The notes under the pieces are model-generated. The model did not search any database. It worked only from the letters and a program-made list of their open reading frames with translations, and was not told the origin of the DNA. Shown here one piece after another: positions 50,255 through 64,000 of a DNA stretch of 64,000 nt. Made by a program: the position numbers and the translations under genes. Within the stretch, counting starts at the first letter, position 1. Each line of letters starts with the position of its first letter. The DNA is from Ruditapes philippinarum (taxonomy: Eukaryota), in NCBI RefSeq assembly GCF_026571515.1, contig NW_026863846.1, positions 124,001 through 188,000 on the forward strand, read 5' to 3'.

Positions 50255-51110
50255 GATAATGATGATGATTATGACCATGATGGTGATGAATAAAGTGACA
50301 ATGATGATGATATTGATGATGATGATGATAATGATAATGATGGTGATGATGATATGGTGGTGGTGGAGATTATGTTGATTCTGGTGTTGGTGGTAGTGAT
50401 AAAGAAAATGATGATGAGGGTACTGACGATGATGATGATAATGATGATGATGATAATAATGATGATAATAACGATGATGATGATGATAAGTATTGTGGTG
50501 GTGGTGTTGTTGGTGGTAGTTGAAATGATGTTGATTCTGGTGTTGGTGGCAATGATAATGACAATGACAAAGATGATGGTTGAAGTGATGATGATCATGA
50601 TGATAGTGGTAGTGATGATGATGATTGAGATGATGATGCTGATAGCGATGGTGAAAATGATGATGATAATGAGGATGATGATAATAATGAGAAGAAGAAG
50701 ATGATGATGATGATGATAAGTATGGTGGTTCTGTTGTTTGTGGTTGTGGAGATGATGTTGATTCTGGTGTTGGTGGCAATGATAATGACAATGACAAAGA
50801 TTAATAATGATAATGATGATAATACTGGTAGTGATGATGATGATGATGATAATAATTGTAATTGTAGTGATGATGATCATGATAATGATAATAATGGAAG
50901 GGATGATGATGATGATGATAATTGTGATGATGATGATGATGATAATAATAATTGTAGTGATGATAATAGCGTTTGTTGTTGTGATGATAAGAATGTTAAT
51001 GAGGGATTGATGAAAATGTTTTTGGTAGTGATTGTGATGATAATGGTGATGATGATGATAGTTTTGATTGATGATCATATTGATAATGATGATAATGATA
51101 ATAATTGATG
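50255..51110. repeat. Degenerate (GAT/AAT/GGT)n trinucleotide tract with internal block duplications
   Basis: Low complexity; the block atgttgattctggtgttggtgg occurs three times. Confidence 0.9.
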
Positions 51111-52559
51111 TCGGTGGGGGTCGGGATGGTGACAATGATTATGGTCAAGATGATGTTGCTTGTGGTGCTGCATCAGTTACTTTACTTGACTTTTTGAGAC
51201 GTCCGTCCGTCAGTTGACGACACTTGACTTTTGTATAAGTTTTTCTCTTGGGATGATATTTTTACTTATGGCTTTAGCCTTATATATATGTTACATATAT
51301 AATTTCATGAATTGTTATATAGCAAACCAAATTTCAATTCCATGAAATTCCGTGGTTCAAAATCAGTTATCAAATCAGACCTGAAAACGAAATTAGATTC
51401 ACAAAAAATACCCCTAAACGAAGGCCATTTTCTGCGAATTGAGAACATTTCCATACTCTCTGTCATTACCATTAAGTTCAATCATGCCATTATTTAATGA
51501 CATTTGCAATTCAGTCTCGTTTTATAACTAGTATAATAGAGAGAAATCTATTTTAGATATTAACTTGTCTGAGCCATTTCGTAAACAGAATATCTGCAGC
51601 AACCCCTAATAAAATATCGACTCTGCCGCGATCCGCATTATAACGAATATCGCGCAAAGCGGGAAAAATTAGAGAAAATAAGAATCCCTAAAGAAAGTCC
51701 AAAACGGCAAAATTGAAAATGTTGCTAGCTCGGTTTGATTGAATCTGTTCATAGACGGTACTGTCAAGTGCAAACTACGTCCACCCCCCCCCCCCAACCA
51801 ACACAGGCTTAAGCAGAATTCAACATTTAAACATGAAAATGGTGAATTTTTGAATTTAGAAACATCCGTAAATGAGTTCATACGGCGGTTATCATGGAAC
51901 CTTCTATGGAACACTTTCGTGCCATTCCATGAAAAGCGGCATATGGTCCCCAAGTAAAAGAAAGCGTGGGCACTAAACGAGAAAACAATTGGCGGAACAA
52001 ATTAGAATGGATTTTTGAAAGGGGATCAGAGGTTATGAAGCCTGCATATCACAAATAAGACGTCAAAAGACAGATCTATTCAAAATAATCCACTTAAATC
52101 AATTATACAGGCATTCAAACCAAAGACAAAAACATATATGTATTTAATGTCAATTTCAAACCTTTCTAAAGCTGCAGCAGCTGAACAAAATACATACAGT
52201 GTAAAACAGCTGATTTATATTCATCATCACATGGTAATCTTACATTAACATAAGTAAGTTTTATACAAGAAAATTATATAAATAAGTCTATAAAACAATA
52301 AACGAGTTTGCGATGTATTGCCAACTACAAATGTATATAAATCTATACTACATCTTCTTTATATGGTAAATGGCCTTGAACTCGTAAATATTTAACTACA
52401 GTTCCCACGCTCTTATAAATCGAAACTGAAACAAAAACGTTTTATTTATTTAGCATGCGCGGCGAAATATGCGTTTTAGTAATACTCACAGAAAATCTAT
52501 TTATAGTTACACAGAAGTAATATCTATTTTAAGAACAAAATTTCCCAGCAGCGAACATA

Positions 52560-52631
52560 ATATATATATATAACATTGGGGGAAATAGTAACAGTGCAAA
52601 ACGAAACAGGAGCCACATTTGAGTTCACAAG
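52560..52631 (+). promoter_or_regulatory. Putative TATA plus short non-coding first exon of the peptide gene
   Basis: TATATATATAA about 25-30 nt before ACAGT; AAG|gtatgt donor at 52631; tttcag| acceptor at 53216. Confidence 0.45.
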
Positions 52632-53294
52632 GTATGTTTATTTGTCAATGCTAAACATAATATATTTAATGATTTTTAAAAATTATTTAGAAATTAAAGA
52701 TTCTTTCTTTTTTTAACAATGTTATCATTTTAAAAATACTAAAGCTCGTAAAGTAAATTTTTTTTTTTATTCTTTAGAAATTAAGGTCAATCATGCGTGT
52801 AATACTGTTTTAATAATCGATTTAGAGAATGTAAAGTGTAAAACAAGTGATAAAAATAGCGCTTTAAAATGGCAGTTATATGTGTTATAAAAGTTGCAAA
52901 AATGCAAACAAAAAAGTATTTAGGCTTCCAAATAATACATGTATAAATGTTTGTTTATATAGACTAAATATGATTTACATAGAAGAGAAAGAAGAAAACT
53001 TATTCAGTGCATTATTATAATGATATCAAGGTATGAATTCAACGTTTTCCCCGATATAAAATTTGCCACATTTTTTTTTGTATATACATGTACATTGTAT
53101 TAATTTTACCATTTCCTATTCAACAGAATTCCATAAAAATGTCACACATATGTTTACTGAAGATGCGCCGCGACAAAAATGATAAATATTAATCTCTGTT
53201 TTAATCTTAATTTCAGTGATTTTGGATAAACTTCCACACGAGTATATACAAATTATCTATTTTCAAAGGAGGGAAATAATCAATATTGACAATA

Positions 53295-53549
53295 ATGCGG
53301 CCAATCGCCGTATTTCTGATAGGAGTACTAGTGATGGCGCTTATAGTCTGCCATAGTGAAGGCAAACGGCGCAGAAAACTTTGTCGATTTAACAAGAAAG
53401 CAAACACGTGCACTGATTTTATTCCAAAGAAACGACGAAAATTTGGCAAAATGAAAGTAGGACGATGTGCGAAAAAAGGCGGGACTTGCGAATTATTTCA
53501 AGGCAGGAAAAAAATCCGTTGTTTTTGTGACACCCCCTTTGACGTTTAG
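53295..53549 (+). CDS. Secreted cationic cysteine-rich peptide precursor (84 aa; AMP-like)
   Basis: Signal peptide MRPIAVFLIGVLVMALIVCHSEG, then 61 aa with 6 Cys and 22 K/R versus 4 D/E; upstream acceptor. Confidence 0.8.
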   Translation: MRPIAVFLIGVLVMALIVCHSEGKRRRKLCRFNKKANTCTDFIPKKRRKFGKMKVGRCAKKGGTCELFQGRKKIRCFCDTPFDV

Positions 53550-54959
53550 GAAGTGAACGATGAATACATAAAATAACACGAATAATTTAATACGGGTATA
53601 TATTAGACCAAAATTGATGTATGTTGTACATTAGTGAAAGTAATCTAAATTACTTGTGAAAGTTTTACATGTGCAGCCCTGTGTAGACGACGTGTATATT
53701 ATACATTTTCAAATTTATAAATAATTTTATTGCAATGCTTTTGAAATTGTGCACTTTAGCGGATACAGTTAAACCTCATTTATAAATACGTTTTCAACGG
53801 AATATATGTTATTATAACGAAACTGTGTAATCTTAATGCCGCATACTTAAAACTGTTTCTTAAATGTTTCGCCAGTAAGCCAATGTATATGTTTTACATT
53901 TTTGTTGTTGTAGAAAATACAACAAAACCATGTAAATGAATGTAAATGTTACATTATATGCTCATTTGCAAATAGATTTCATGTGCAGGCTTAATTATTT
54001 GTATGAAAATGGGACAACTATACAGGTTTAACTGTAATTAAGTCAGCATTATAGATGTGTGAGCTTTGTGTTCAGGAGTGTGAACAGTCGTTACACTAGG
54101 ATTTGTGACTATGAATATGTTCCACATTTCTAAAAGGATAAAATAAATTACGTTGTATTTGTTTACGCTAACGTTTTGTTTTTGTATGAGAATGTATATA
54201 ATGTTTTACTATTTATTTGTGATCGAAAGACAGACGTATTATATTAGGATAAGGGAAATTGTCTAACTGCTTATTAAACTTCCTACACAAAAAATGTTCA
54301 AACTTGTGTACTCTTCTATTTCCTGTTTTCCGAATTAAGATATGTTTTTTTTCAACCTAACATACCATCTTAATACAACACAATATATTTCAAAGTCAAG
54401 GCACTGTTTTGCCAGTTGATTTTGGGAAACATATCGAAAAAATTGCTTATTTTGGGAAGTAAAAAACCTGGTGTAAATTCAGATTTTTGGGTAAATTGCA
54501 TGATTTAAACTAAAGGTGAAAAATCACTGCAAGGTAGAGATAGAGGTCAAGAAGTTGACTTAATTAAGTTGTTTTGTTTTTATTTCTCCTTATAATCAAA
54601 ACTAATGTTAAGTTATGTTAAGTGTTATGTTATTAATCCCATGTGGTAATTAGCACTGATATTTGACCGTAGCTTTTGTCAGTCACCAACGATCATTATC
54701 ATGCGCCAACAACATTTCGTAATGTTTACATTAAATGCATAATCACGTGCTGCAGTTACATGTAAACAAGCGGGGAAAAAACTAATTCGGTTGATTAAGA
54801 AAAGTGTACAGTTAATACCCCAAAACACCGAACATTTAGGGTATAAAACATACGTACGGTTATTTAACAGATGTATCCGGTTTTCTCTTATCTCATGACA
54901 TTTAATAAAAAAACATGTTGCGGTATTTATAAAGTAAATGCACGTAAATAAACTGTATA

Positions 54960-55620
54960 CAGTCAAAACTGACATAGTGACCCACTGTTTTCAGTGACTT
55001 CCTGTCTTATTTGATCTTGTTCGACTGTGCCCAACGATTTCGACTATAAAGTTGCACTGTATTAAGGTAGAACACCACTAATGGGCACTTTAAGGAACTG
55101 TAAACTTGACAACATAGGACAGTTATATGCCTTAAATGTCCCCTGTAGAAAAAATTTCAACAAAATTTACCGTGTGGTTTATGAGTTATGGACATTTTTC
55201 ACAGTGATTTGCGACCAGCGACCGTGATTTGTACTGAAATGTGCATATCCCTGTTTTTAGCGACTATGTTATGAAAGATAACTCTGTTCTTACTTCTGTC
55301 TTGTTAAAAAATGTCTACATATTCAATATTATTCTGACATTATCTTAATAGTTTTATAGGTACGTTGTTTAATAATCTAATCAACTATCAAATATTCAAT
55401 TACATAGTACATGTATACAATTTTAACACTATGCTCACTTTTATTGTTCTTACCATAAATGAATGTTTAAACACTACATATATATTTTCTATTAGTATTA
55501 TATTGATTTATTTGGATAATGTTTGGATGTTTGACAGTAAACTTGTATCAAGAGACTCCCTGTCTTATGTGACCTTCTTAAGAAAGTACCTTGGAAGGTC
55601 ACGTTAGACAGTTTTGACTG
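54960..55620. mobile_element. Tc1/pogo-type MITE, probably with a nested insertion
   Basis: TA|cagtcaaaactgac..gtgacc / ggtcac..gacagttttgactg|TA. Confidence 0.55.
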
Positions 55621-56086
55621 TAGTTTTAAAGTTTAGTCCATTTGGTTCTTATATGCAAAGAATAAACAGATACCTGCTATAGATTCTAGAGAACAAGGTG
55701 GTGGTATCCGGGGACAGACGTTTTTACAAGACAAGATTTTCTGTTCATCAAATAAAAAAATCTAAAAAAAAGGCCTTTATCGGTAGATATTTTATATGAC
55801 ATTCGAAGGTGGTCTTTGACGCAGGTTTTACTACACTTCACCGAACCGTTTTATGACCATTGATAGACAAAATTTAATTAAACTTTCTATATTAAACAAA
55901 AGGAAAATATACGAGCAACAACTTGTAAGTAATAAATAAAGATACTACAGAAAATACAACATTGTGATGACGTCAAAAGATACTTGTTTAAGTCAAGTAA
56001 ACAGATACCACCGGATCTTTAAAATCATTATTTGCACTTGATAAATTCAAGCTATCATGTTAAATGCTGAAATATCCGGGGCTTAT

Positions 56087-56450
56087 TTAAAGATCCTGTA
56101 ACACAATTGTTCATGGTTTTATATTATAAATATGATGCTCAAATAAAGATTAATCAATATTGTAAGTTCCAAAAAGCTTTATTTATAAATATATTACCGA
56201 TTTTAACATTTCATGTAAATAAAGGGAGGTAACTAGAAATTTATTTTCTATAAAGTCTAAGTCAAATTTGTCAATGAGAAATGAATGCATATATTTCAAT
56301 GATAACATATAATGTGCACAAATATTTGCAGTACATATTTTACATATTCTTCGATGTTTGAAAATTGATTTATAAGCACAATGATATACATTTATAAATT
56401 TTCAGTAAAGTGTGGTATACAACCTCAATTATAATATACATGATCTTTAA
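56087..56450. mobile_element. TTAA-type MITE family C
   Basis: ttaaagatcctgta ... tacatgatctttaa. Confidence 0.75.
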
Positions 56451-57321
56451 ATTATTTCCCGTTACTCTAACGTAACTGCATGTATCAATAATTAACTGAA
56501 ACAATTGTTTCGTCCCTGTGGACAAAGGAATGAACCACTGTCAACATTCATTTATGTTCAATACAACTGCAAGTCGTCAACATCGATTGATAAGCAGGTG
56601 AAGTAAGTGCGGTGGGTAATAAATTGTTACCATTATCAGACAAAAAATTAAATATCGGTCAACAAATATCTACTTTGATGTTTATTGATACAATATATTA
56701 CAGCTCGAAATAATAAACAAAAGGTATATATGATAACAATCATTTTAACTATACAGCATTTATATATCAGATAATGAGACCTGAGATCCGAACATTGTCG
56801 TCGACCATATGGAATCCTTAGAGTCGAGCCTATATGGGACAATAAAACTCGAGCGTGGTCGTCGGGCCTATGGGGCAATAAAAGACACACGCTGTCGTTG
56901 ATTTAAGCCCAACATTGCCGTCAAGCATATAACATCATGAAATTAGAATATTGCCGTCGAACCTAGGGGACCATGAGGGTCAAATATTTTTATCGGGACC
57001 ATGAGGGTCAAATATTGTTGTCGGGCCTATAGGACCATGAAGGTCAAATATTGTTGACATAAGAATTGGACATTGCCGACGAGCTTATACGTAAAGGAGA
57101 GTCAAACTAGAACATGAAAATTATCTATAGATCCCATGTATATTCCGCACCTTTCTTTAATTGTATCGTACTTTTGTTGGCTTGTTTTCTTAACTGAATA
57201 CAAAATTATAAGCGAGTTTTATTTGTTTGCACTGATAAGATGTTATTACAAAAAACCTTGATTTTATTGGCGGTTTATGCTGTGATGTGGTGTTTCTGTC
57301 TGCTAAACAACATCAGTAAAT

Positions 57322-57560
57322 ATGAGCCGTGTCACGACAAAACCAACATAATGGGTTTGCGACCAGCATGGATCCAGACCAGCCTGCGCATCCGGGCAGT
57401 CTGATCAGGATCCATGCTGTTCGCTATTAGATTCTCTACTTGTAATAGAGTTTGTAAGCGAACAGCATGGATCCTGATCAGACTGCGCGGATGTGCAGGC
57501 TGGTCTGGATCCATGCTGGTCGAAAACGCACGATGTTGATTTTGTCATGACGCGGCTCAT
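57322..57560. mobile_element. MITE family A
   Basis: Full palindromic copy. Confidence 0.9.
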
Positions 57561-60500
57561 TTAATTAACTGTATGTGGTTGATAAATGAACCGGTTATGA
57601 TATCATGCAGGAATGATGCTTTCATTCTGTAAGTTTTGAACTTTAAATGTTTGTCTTTGGGATTGATGTGGCAGCTTCAAAAGCACAAGGTCATGAGTTA
57701 AAATATTTTCTCACGAAAATAAGAAATGGTTCGCATATAAATATCTTCAGACGAGAAAAGGCTTTGCAACTTGTCTATGTGCTATGCAATCCAATGGCTA
57801 TTATTATCAATAACGGAGTAAAAGTAGTTCTACCACGTGGTTTCAGATGTTAACAGAAACAGAAAGTGTTATCGTTGATAATGTAAAACAAATGTACATA
57901 ATTATTTGACATTCAAAGAAAAATAAAGTCTGTTTCGGTGCAAATATGAGTACAAATATATCTAACAACCATTTTTGTACTTAAATATACCCCCCTGATG
58001 TAAATTACAAATCCGACTTAATGTCAGCATGGCAGTTTTGTACTTTCGGTTTCTACAACTATAATAGTAAGTAGATGAATAATGTACTGTTTACTTTAAC
58101 ATTTATGAATTAACTTATTTTAGGCCGAAATTTACTTGATATGTTAAAATAAAACTTGTCAATAGCTGCCAGCATTTAATGACTATTTGTTAACATAATT
58201 AGTTTCCTAGCTTAGATTAGACCGAAATACCGTATCCGTTCTGTGTATTTCTACTATTGTGCTCGTGGTCCTTATCCGAAGACTAACGGAAAGGGCCGAA
58301 AAGTTGCGATTGGCACCAGGTCATGTCAAGGGCAGATAATAAACAAAGCTCAGCCAAACATTATTTCTTCTTCTGTTCATGTAGCTAATATATTTACGAG
58401 CGGTATGTGGGGAACGGCTTGTTGATAATTATAAACGTGTTTCAATTTTACTAAGAGATCGGTTTGACTTCCTGTCAAATTTACAGCGAAGAACTAGATA
58501 TTAGAACGATTTTTATTGGTCATTTTAAAATTGCAAACTGAAATCCGGGAATGTTATTGGCAATTCTAAAATTAGTATAATAATCTAAAGGATCTTTCTG
58601 AAACGTATACGCGTCCAAATTATAAAATAATCAGGACACGCTTTCTATAGTAATTAAGATCAGTTAACTTCCTGCCAATAATTATTATTTTTAAACCGTT
58701 ACATTAATTTTCTAGTGAATATCTTATTCAACATAGGAATTTACCGGACGACCAATAACGTCCACGATCCCGGAAAAAAACGTGTGAATACTGAAAGACA
58801 CCATGCAATTAAGTAAGAATATCTCTTTAAAGAAACTTCTTGTTTGACTGACTATAATATTCTGATTTCTCATGACATATATATGTATCATAACAGGCAG
58901 TTATATGAATTTGTAGTGTGGGGGATGAAAATAATCATAAAGGCATGTAGGAAGAAAATCTTATTTGAAAATAATCATCAAATCTAATTTGTTTTATATA
59001 AATTAGTCACAATATGTCAAGTGTTGAAGAGTGTTCTAGGAGTCCATGATGAAAAACACATGATAATACGTATATGTAGTTTGTGCCAGTGACATAGCTA
59101 AACTGTGGCGCCACAAATTTAACATGTTTTTTATAGAACAGAACAGAACATTTATTTTATTTCTTAGACACAGAATACAAAACAAACATTTTGTTATAAC
59201 ATGTGAACAAATAAACAATTTGTAAACTAGTTTACAAAATAATATATACATTACAGCATTTTTAACTAAAAAGGATGGCGGGATATGGGGAAGCTGATCA
59301 TATTAAAGAAAGGATATCATTAAATCTGTACATTTAATTATGGTATCAGATGTTCAATGATTCAGTATGTATTGCTAATTGTTTAATTTCAAAAGGTAAT
59401 AAAATCCAAACACATACATAATCCATTATATTGAATAACATAAATTACAGGTACAATGATGTCACCCCTATTATTTGAACATAGTTTCGCCTATTCAGAT
59501 CTTAGTTTGGAGAATTTAGATCCGGTCGTCGAGAGCTATGCCTATCTTTTTGATTGACTGATAGAGCAAAGGGTTCGGTTCACAGAATTGACTCAATGAC
59601 TTGATTAGTTTTGTTATATACTGGTGTTTTCTTTTACCGATTACAACTTCTTTATTGTAAAATAAATCTGAATTTATTCGTGCCTACTCCTCCAATCATG
59701 CATTACAGTCAAACAAATCAAATATAGGTGAGTTATGTAGTACAGTATTAAAGTGGGATGACGGGAGATTTTAACTTATAAATTGTTGGTAATAATAAAA
59801 TATGATGACGGGAATAGTGAGAAGCATGTTACAATAATGTATATCACTTGCTGGATTTATATACTTCTAGCGTTCATCATACGTTGCATGATGTGTTTTC
59901 CGGCTTTCTGTAAACTTCACCAATTTAGACATTTTAGATATGCCAATAGTATAATTACATAAATTCAAATCGCAAATCTGGCCTATTTTAGTCATTCAGT
60001 TATATATTAAGAAAATGCATGAAAATTAAAGAAAATGGTGTAATTTGATGTAATGTTTTCAAGCACTTAAAATGACCAATAAATGTTCTTGTTTACTTGT
60101 ATTTATCATTTTACTATTAATTTAAACGCACAAGTTTTTAAAATTATTATTATATTTCATCAGATGGAAAAGTTCGGAAATTTCCGAACATGACATAATT
60201 ACATTTACGTATATAATATACATGTATAAAACATGTATAAACTAGAACATCGGTCAGAAACTTCCTTAATTTTCCAGCAATCGTGGAAAATTTCATTAGT
60301 AAGCAGCTTTGTTTCACAATGAATAAAATAAAATTAGCAATATGAATTGTCACAAAATAAGGTTTTTCCGCCTGTTGAAATGACAAAATTCTTGTACAAA
60401 GAAACGGTTTTCTCTATTACTCACACATAGGAAAAAAGGGGACATATTCCCACTCAAAAGAAAATGTTTAAATTATCAAACTCCTGCACTAAATGAATTT

Positions 60501-62674
60501 TCAGTCTTCTATATGTCTATTTGTAACAAAAACAAACACCTTCAAAATAAATCATAATACAAGAAGAAAGGGGAAATTGCTCCATGTGGTGTCTTTTAGG
60601 ACTGGTAACTGTATTAAATAACCAAGACGGCAAACTTAAGATTACCATGCACCCTTTGCAGATTTGTACTGATAAAGGGAGATCACTGCGTAGGAGATTG
60701 CCAAGACGGTAATGACAGAGTATTCTCCCTTTTATTTATATATGGTTTCTGGCCGACGCTAACATTACGTGAAGAAAAGCATTAAGATGACAATAAGATG
60801 ATATCAAAGTAGTCGATTTTGGGTCTAATATCAGCTAACTGAGGGTATGAAGATACTTTCAAATATTTTAATATAATTATACTGATAAACATATTCTTCA
60901 ACTATAAAAAAATAAATGAGAAAGACTATATAAGTTATATATACATGTACATGTATATCACAAGTAGACTGAATATTACATCACTGATCGATATATTGAC
61001 AATAATTACTTTGACTAATGTTAAACATTTATTAGGTAAGCTATATTAATTGCATCATTAAAACTCACATTTGTTCCAGTCAGTGATTAACGCTTCATGC
61101 TTATTGCACAATCAGTAAATTGCTTTATATATAAAACAATGATGAAATAAGTTCACGGATGATGACGTTGTAAAGAGTTTGTTGGACTATGGAATTCCAA
61201 ATAAATTTTATTTAGTCACGTTATAAACATTCACATTGAGCATTTTGGTTAGTACATATATTTTTCATTACGCGTATTTTCCTTTTTGCGTTTATATTTG
61301 CAATACTCACGTGGTTATATTTATTTATATGGTGATATGCCTGTATGAACTGACGATTTAAAGCTGCATTAATTAAATAAATATGTGAGAATATTTTGCC
61401 GTCAGCCTAAAAACCAAGCATTCTACAGTTTCATTAACCTTTTTAACAGTATTGTTGTAAATAAAATTAAAAATTGTCCATAAAGTACGATTTTAAACGA
61501 TAATTCTAAGTTCGTATACGAATTATAACATGCAAATAAAGACTATAATATTGATGTACGGATGACCCGAAGGCCTAGTTTCTCGTGCAAACAGAAATTG
61601 TACTTCCGAGTTCACAATGAGGTTGCAGATTTTTATGCTTATAAAACTCATTTTGGATATCTGGACACCAAAATAAGATCCGGAGGCGATATGAAACCCA
61701 ATTTATAAATGAATTGTCGCTATTTCTATTTTAATGAAATTTATTACATGCAGCTTTAAACACTTTTTTTTTGTTTCATTCTGTTATGCTTATTACATTA
61801 AAGGTACATATGAAACAGGAGAATAATAGTTGTCATAACGTGCACTAGTCTTTAATACAAGTTCAGCTATGCTAAGTTTTATGTAAATTTTAAGAGAACA
61901 ATTAACACATTGCAAAAAGCACTTGCAAACAACGTATTTTACCATGCAGAGGTTAAAATAGGCATGAGTAGCTCTTACTGCGTTAGTCACGCGGTAGAAA
62001 TATGGTGATGAATAATGTAAAACCAGTCCGTAATCGCGCATAACAAAACAATTATTACTAAAATATTTTCCTTTTATTAAAATCTTTATTCATTTTTCTT
62101 AAAATTGATTTTCATGAGATAGTTTGGCTCATCTGGAGCATGCAGGCTTTAAACGCAATTTTCATACAATAATGTGTCATCAAAATTTTTTTATCATTTT
62201 TTTTATTAACGATATACAAGTAGTTTTGTCTTTTCTTACTAAAATATAATGCTGACTTAGCAAATTTTACATCAGCGAATTTCCATTTTATTTTTTTTTT
62301 CTGAGTAATTAAATGTTAGGAATGATTTCCGAGTAAACTTAATTGTCTTAGATTTTTGCTGTTTAACTGAAACATGACTTACATGACATGGATTTATAAT
62401 GGGTTTTCTTCCGGGCAACACTTCCTGGTATCTTTTTTTAATGAACCCAATCAATGAGAAATAAAGACAGGAAATATAATTGCACACATTGTGATTCGTG
62501 AGACTTTGTCATTCATTCATTACTTGTTGGATAAGTAGCTACTTGAAGTTATCAATGGCGAACTTAACACTATAGTAACGTAATGAGGTAATTCTAAATA
62601 CAGCAAGAAAATAGTTCTATTGTTTTGACTGGTCTTTAATACAAAAATGTCTATATGGGTGAAAATCATGAGTC

Positions 62675-63520
62675 CATCAATCTGTACATTCTTTACATAT
62701 GAGGATCATTGTCAACATTATTTGTCAGTATTACATAAATCTGTACATACTGTAATATGAGGATTAGTGTCAACATGGCATGAATCTGTACATTTTTTAA
62801 ATATGATGCTCGTTGTCAACATTACATAAATCTGTACATACTGTAATATGAGGATTAGTGTCAAAATGGCATGAATCTGTACATTCTTTAAATATGATGC
62901 TCGTTGTCAACATTACATAAATCTGTACATACTGTAATATGAGAATGAGTGTCAACATGGCATGAATCTGTACATTTTTTAAATAAGATGCTCGTTGTCA
63001 ACATTACATAAATCTGTACATACTTTGATATGAGGATCCGTGTAAGCATGACATAAATCTGTACATACTTTGATATGATGCTCTTTGTCAGCATTACATA
63101 AATCTGTACATATTGCTATAGAAGGAACCTTGTAACATTACATATAAATCTGTACATACTGTAATATGACGATCATTGTCAACATTACATACATCTGTAC
63201 ATACTTTGGTATGAGGATCCGTGTAAGCATGACATAAATCTGTACATACTTTGATATGATGCTCTTTGTCAGCATTACATAAATCTGTACATATTGCTAT
63301 AGAAGGAACCTTGTAACATTACATATAAATCTGTACATACTGTAATATGACGATCATTGTCAACATTACATAAATCTGTACATACTTTGATATGATGCTC
63401 ATTGTCAGCATTACATAAATCTGTACATACTGTAATTTGATGCTCCTTATCAACCTCACAAAACTCTGTACATACTGTAATATAAGAATCATTGTTAACA
63501 TTACATAAATCTGTAGTTTT
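62675..63520. repeat. 45-46-bp minisatellite with higher-order structure
   Basis: Recurrent cattacataaatctgtacatact at ~45-bp period. Confidence 0.9.
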
Positions 63521-64000
63521 TGGATTGTACAATCTGTCGTTTGATACTTTCTATTTATTTTTCGTTGATTTAGTCATCTTAGAGATTCTTAACTACGTAA
63601 CTCTTATTCGATATTGACTTTTATTCATTGTTATATATACTAAAATGCGGTGTGATATTTGTATATCATTATCATGTTTTATTATACACTTCAGTATTGC
63701 AGGAATGAATAAAATGTAATACTAATACCCCTTGTCAACAATTTATAAGTGTGTTAAGATCTACTCCATTAAGAAATAAATAAAAGTGGAAGCAAAGCAG
63801 GTGTCATGTTCGTGCTATTTCAACGATTTTAGCAAAAGACACATTATGAAATATTTATATTTTAAATTTTAAACAGGGTAATCGTTTGATCATGGTGAAA
63901 TGTATATCTTACATTTATATATGCTTAATTTTATTTTAATACATGTAATTGCAATAAATATTGCAGAACATAACTTACAGCTTGCTGACGTTATACTTAT

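Noticed and set aside
50252-51135. Poly-His/Ile/Met/Asp ORFs (up to 288 aa)
   Set aside because: Translations of a degenerate (GAT)n tract that is open in several frames on both strands; no convincing splice or start context
51669-51957. Short overlapping ORFs with coding-like composition
   Set aside because: No recognisable motif or consistent exon boundaries; possibly a decayed TE fragment, needs BLASTX
62888-63532. Cys/His-periodic ORFs (CTDLCNVDNEHHI) resembling a metal-binding repeat protein
   Set aside because: Derived from the 45-46-bp minisatellite, with frame breaks between units

Overview
AT-rich, intron- and repeat-rich animal genomic DNA. The repeat landscape and the ZP protein type suggest a bivalve mollusc (inference). 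All gene models below were spliced by hand from GT-AG sites and reading-frame phase. (1) + strand 471-10571: the last 10 coding exons of an OATP/SLCO transporter; its 5' exons lie upstream of the window. (2) - strand 10839-15722: a full-length, TSD-flanked APE-RT LINE (RTE-X-like) just downstream of that gene; ORF2 has no ATG and follows ORF1 in frame across a single TAG. (3) - strand 45069-18976: a complete 12-exon, 519-aa zona pellucida (ZP)-module membrane protein (signal peptide, ZP-N/ZP-C, RKKR furin site, TM), including a 16-nt microexon; the ORF track largely misses it. (4) + strand 53295-53549: a secreted, very cationic peptide with a 6-Cys mature region (AMP-like). Introns hold MITEs, SINEs, Helentron-type HINEs, tRNA-bearing TRIMs and minisatellites. 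The most striking pattern is that several intronic tandem arrays are amplified copies of the adjacent exon-intron junction: about 45 and about 60 copies of two ZP-gene 5' splice sites, and six decoy copies of an SLCO 3' splice site.
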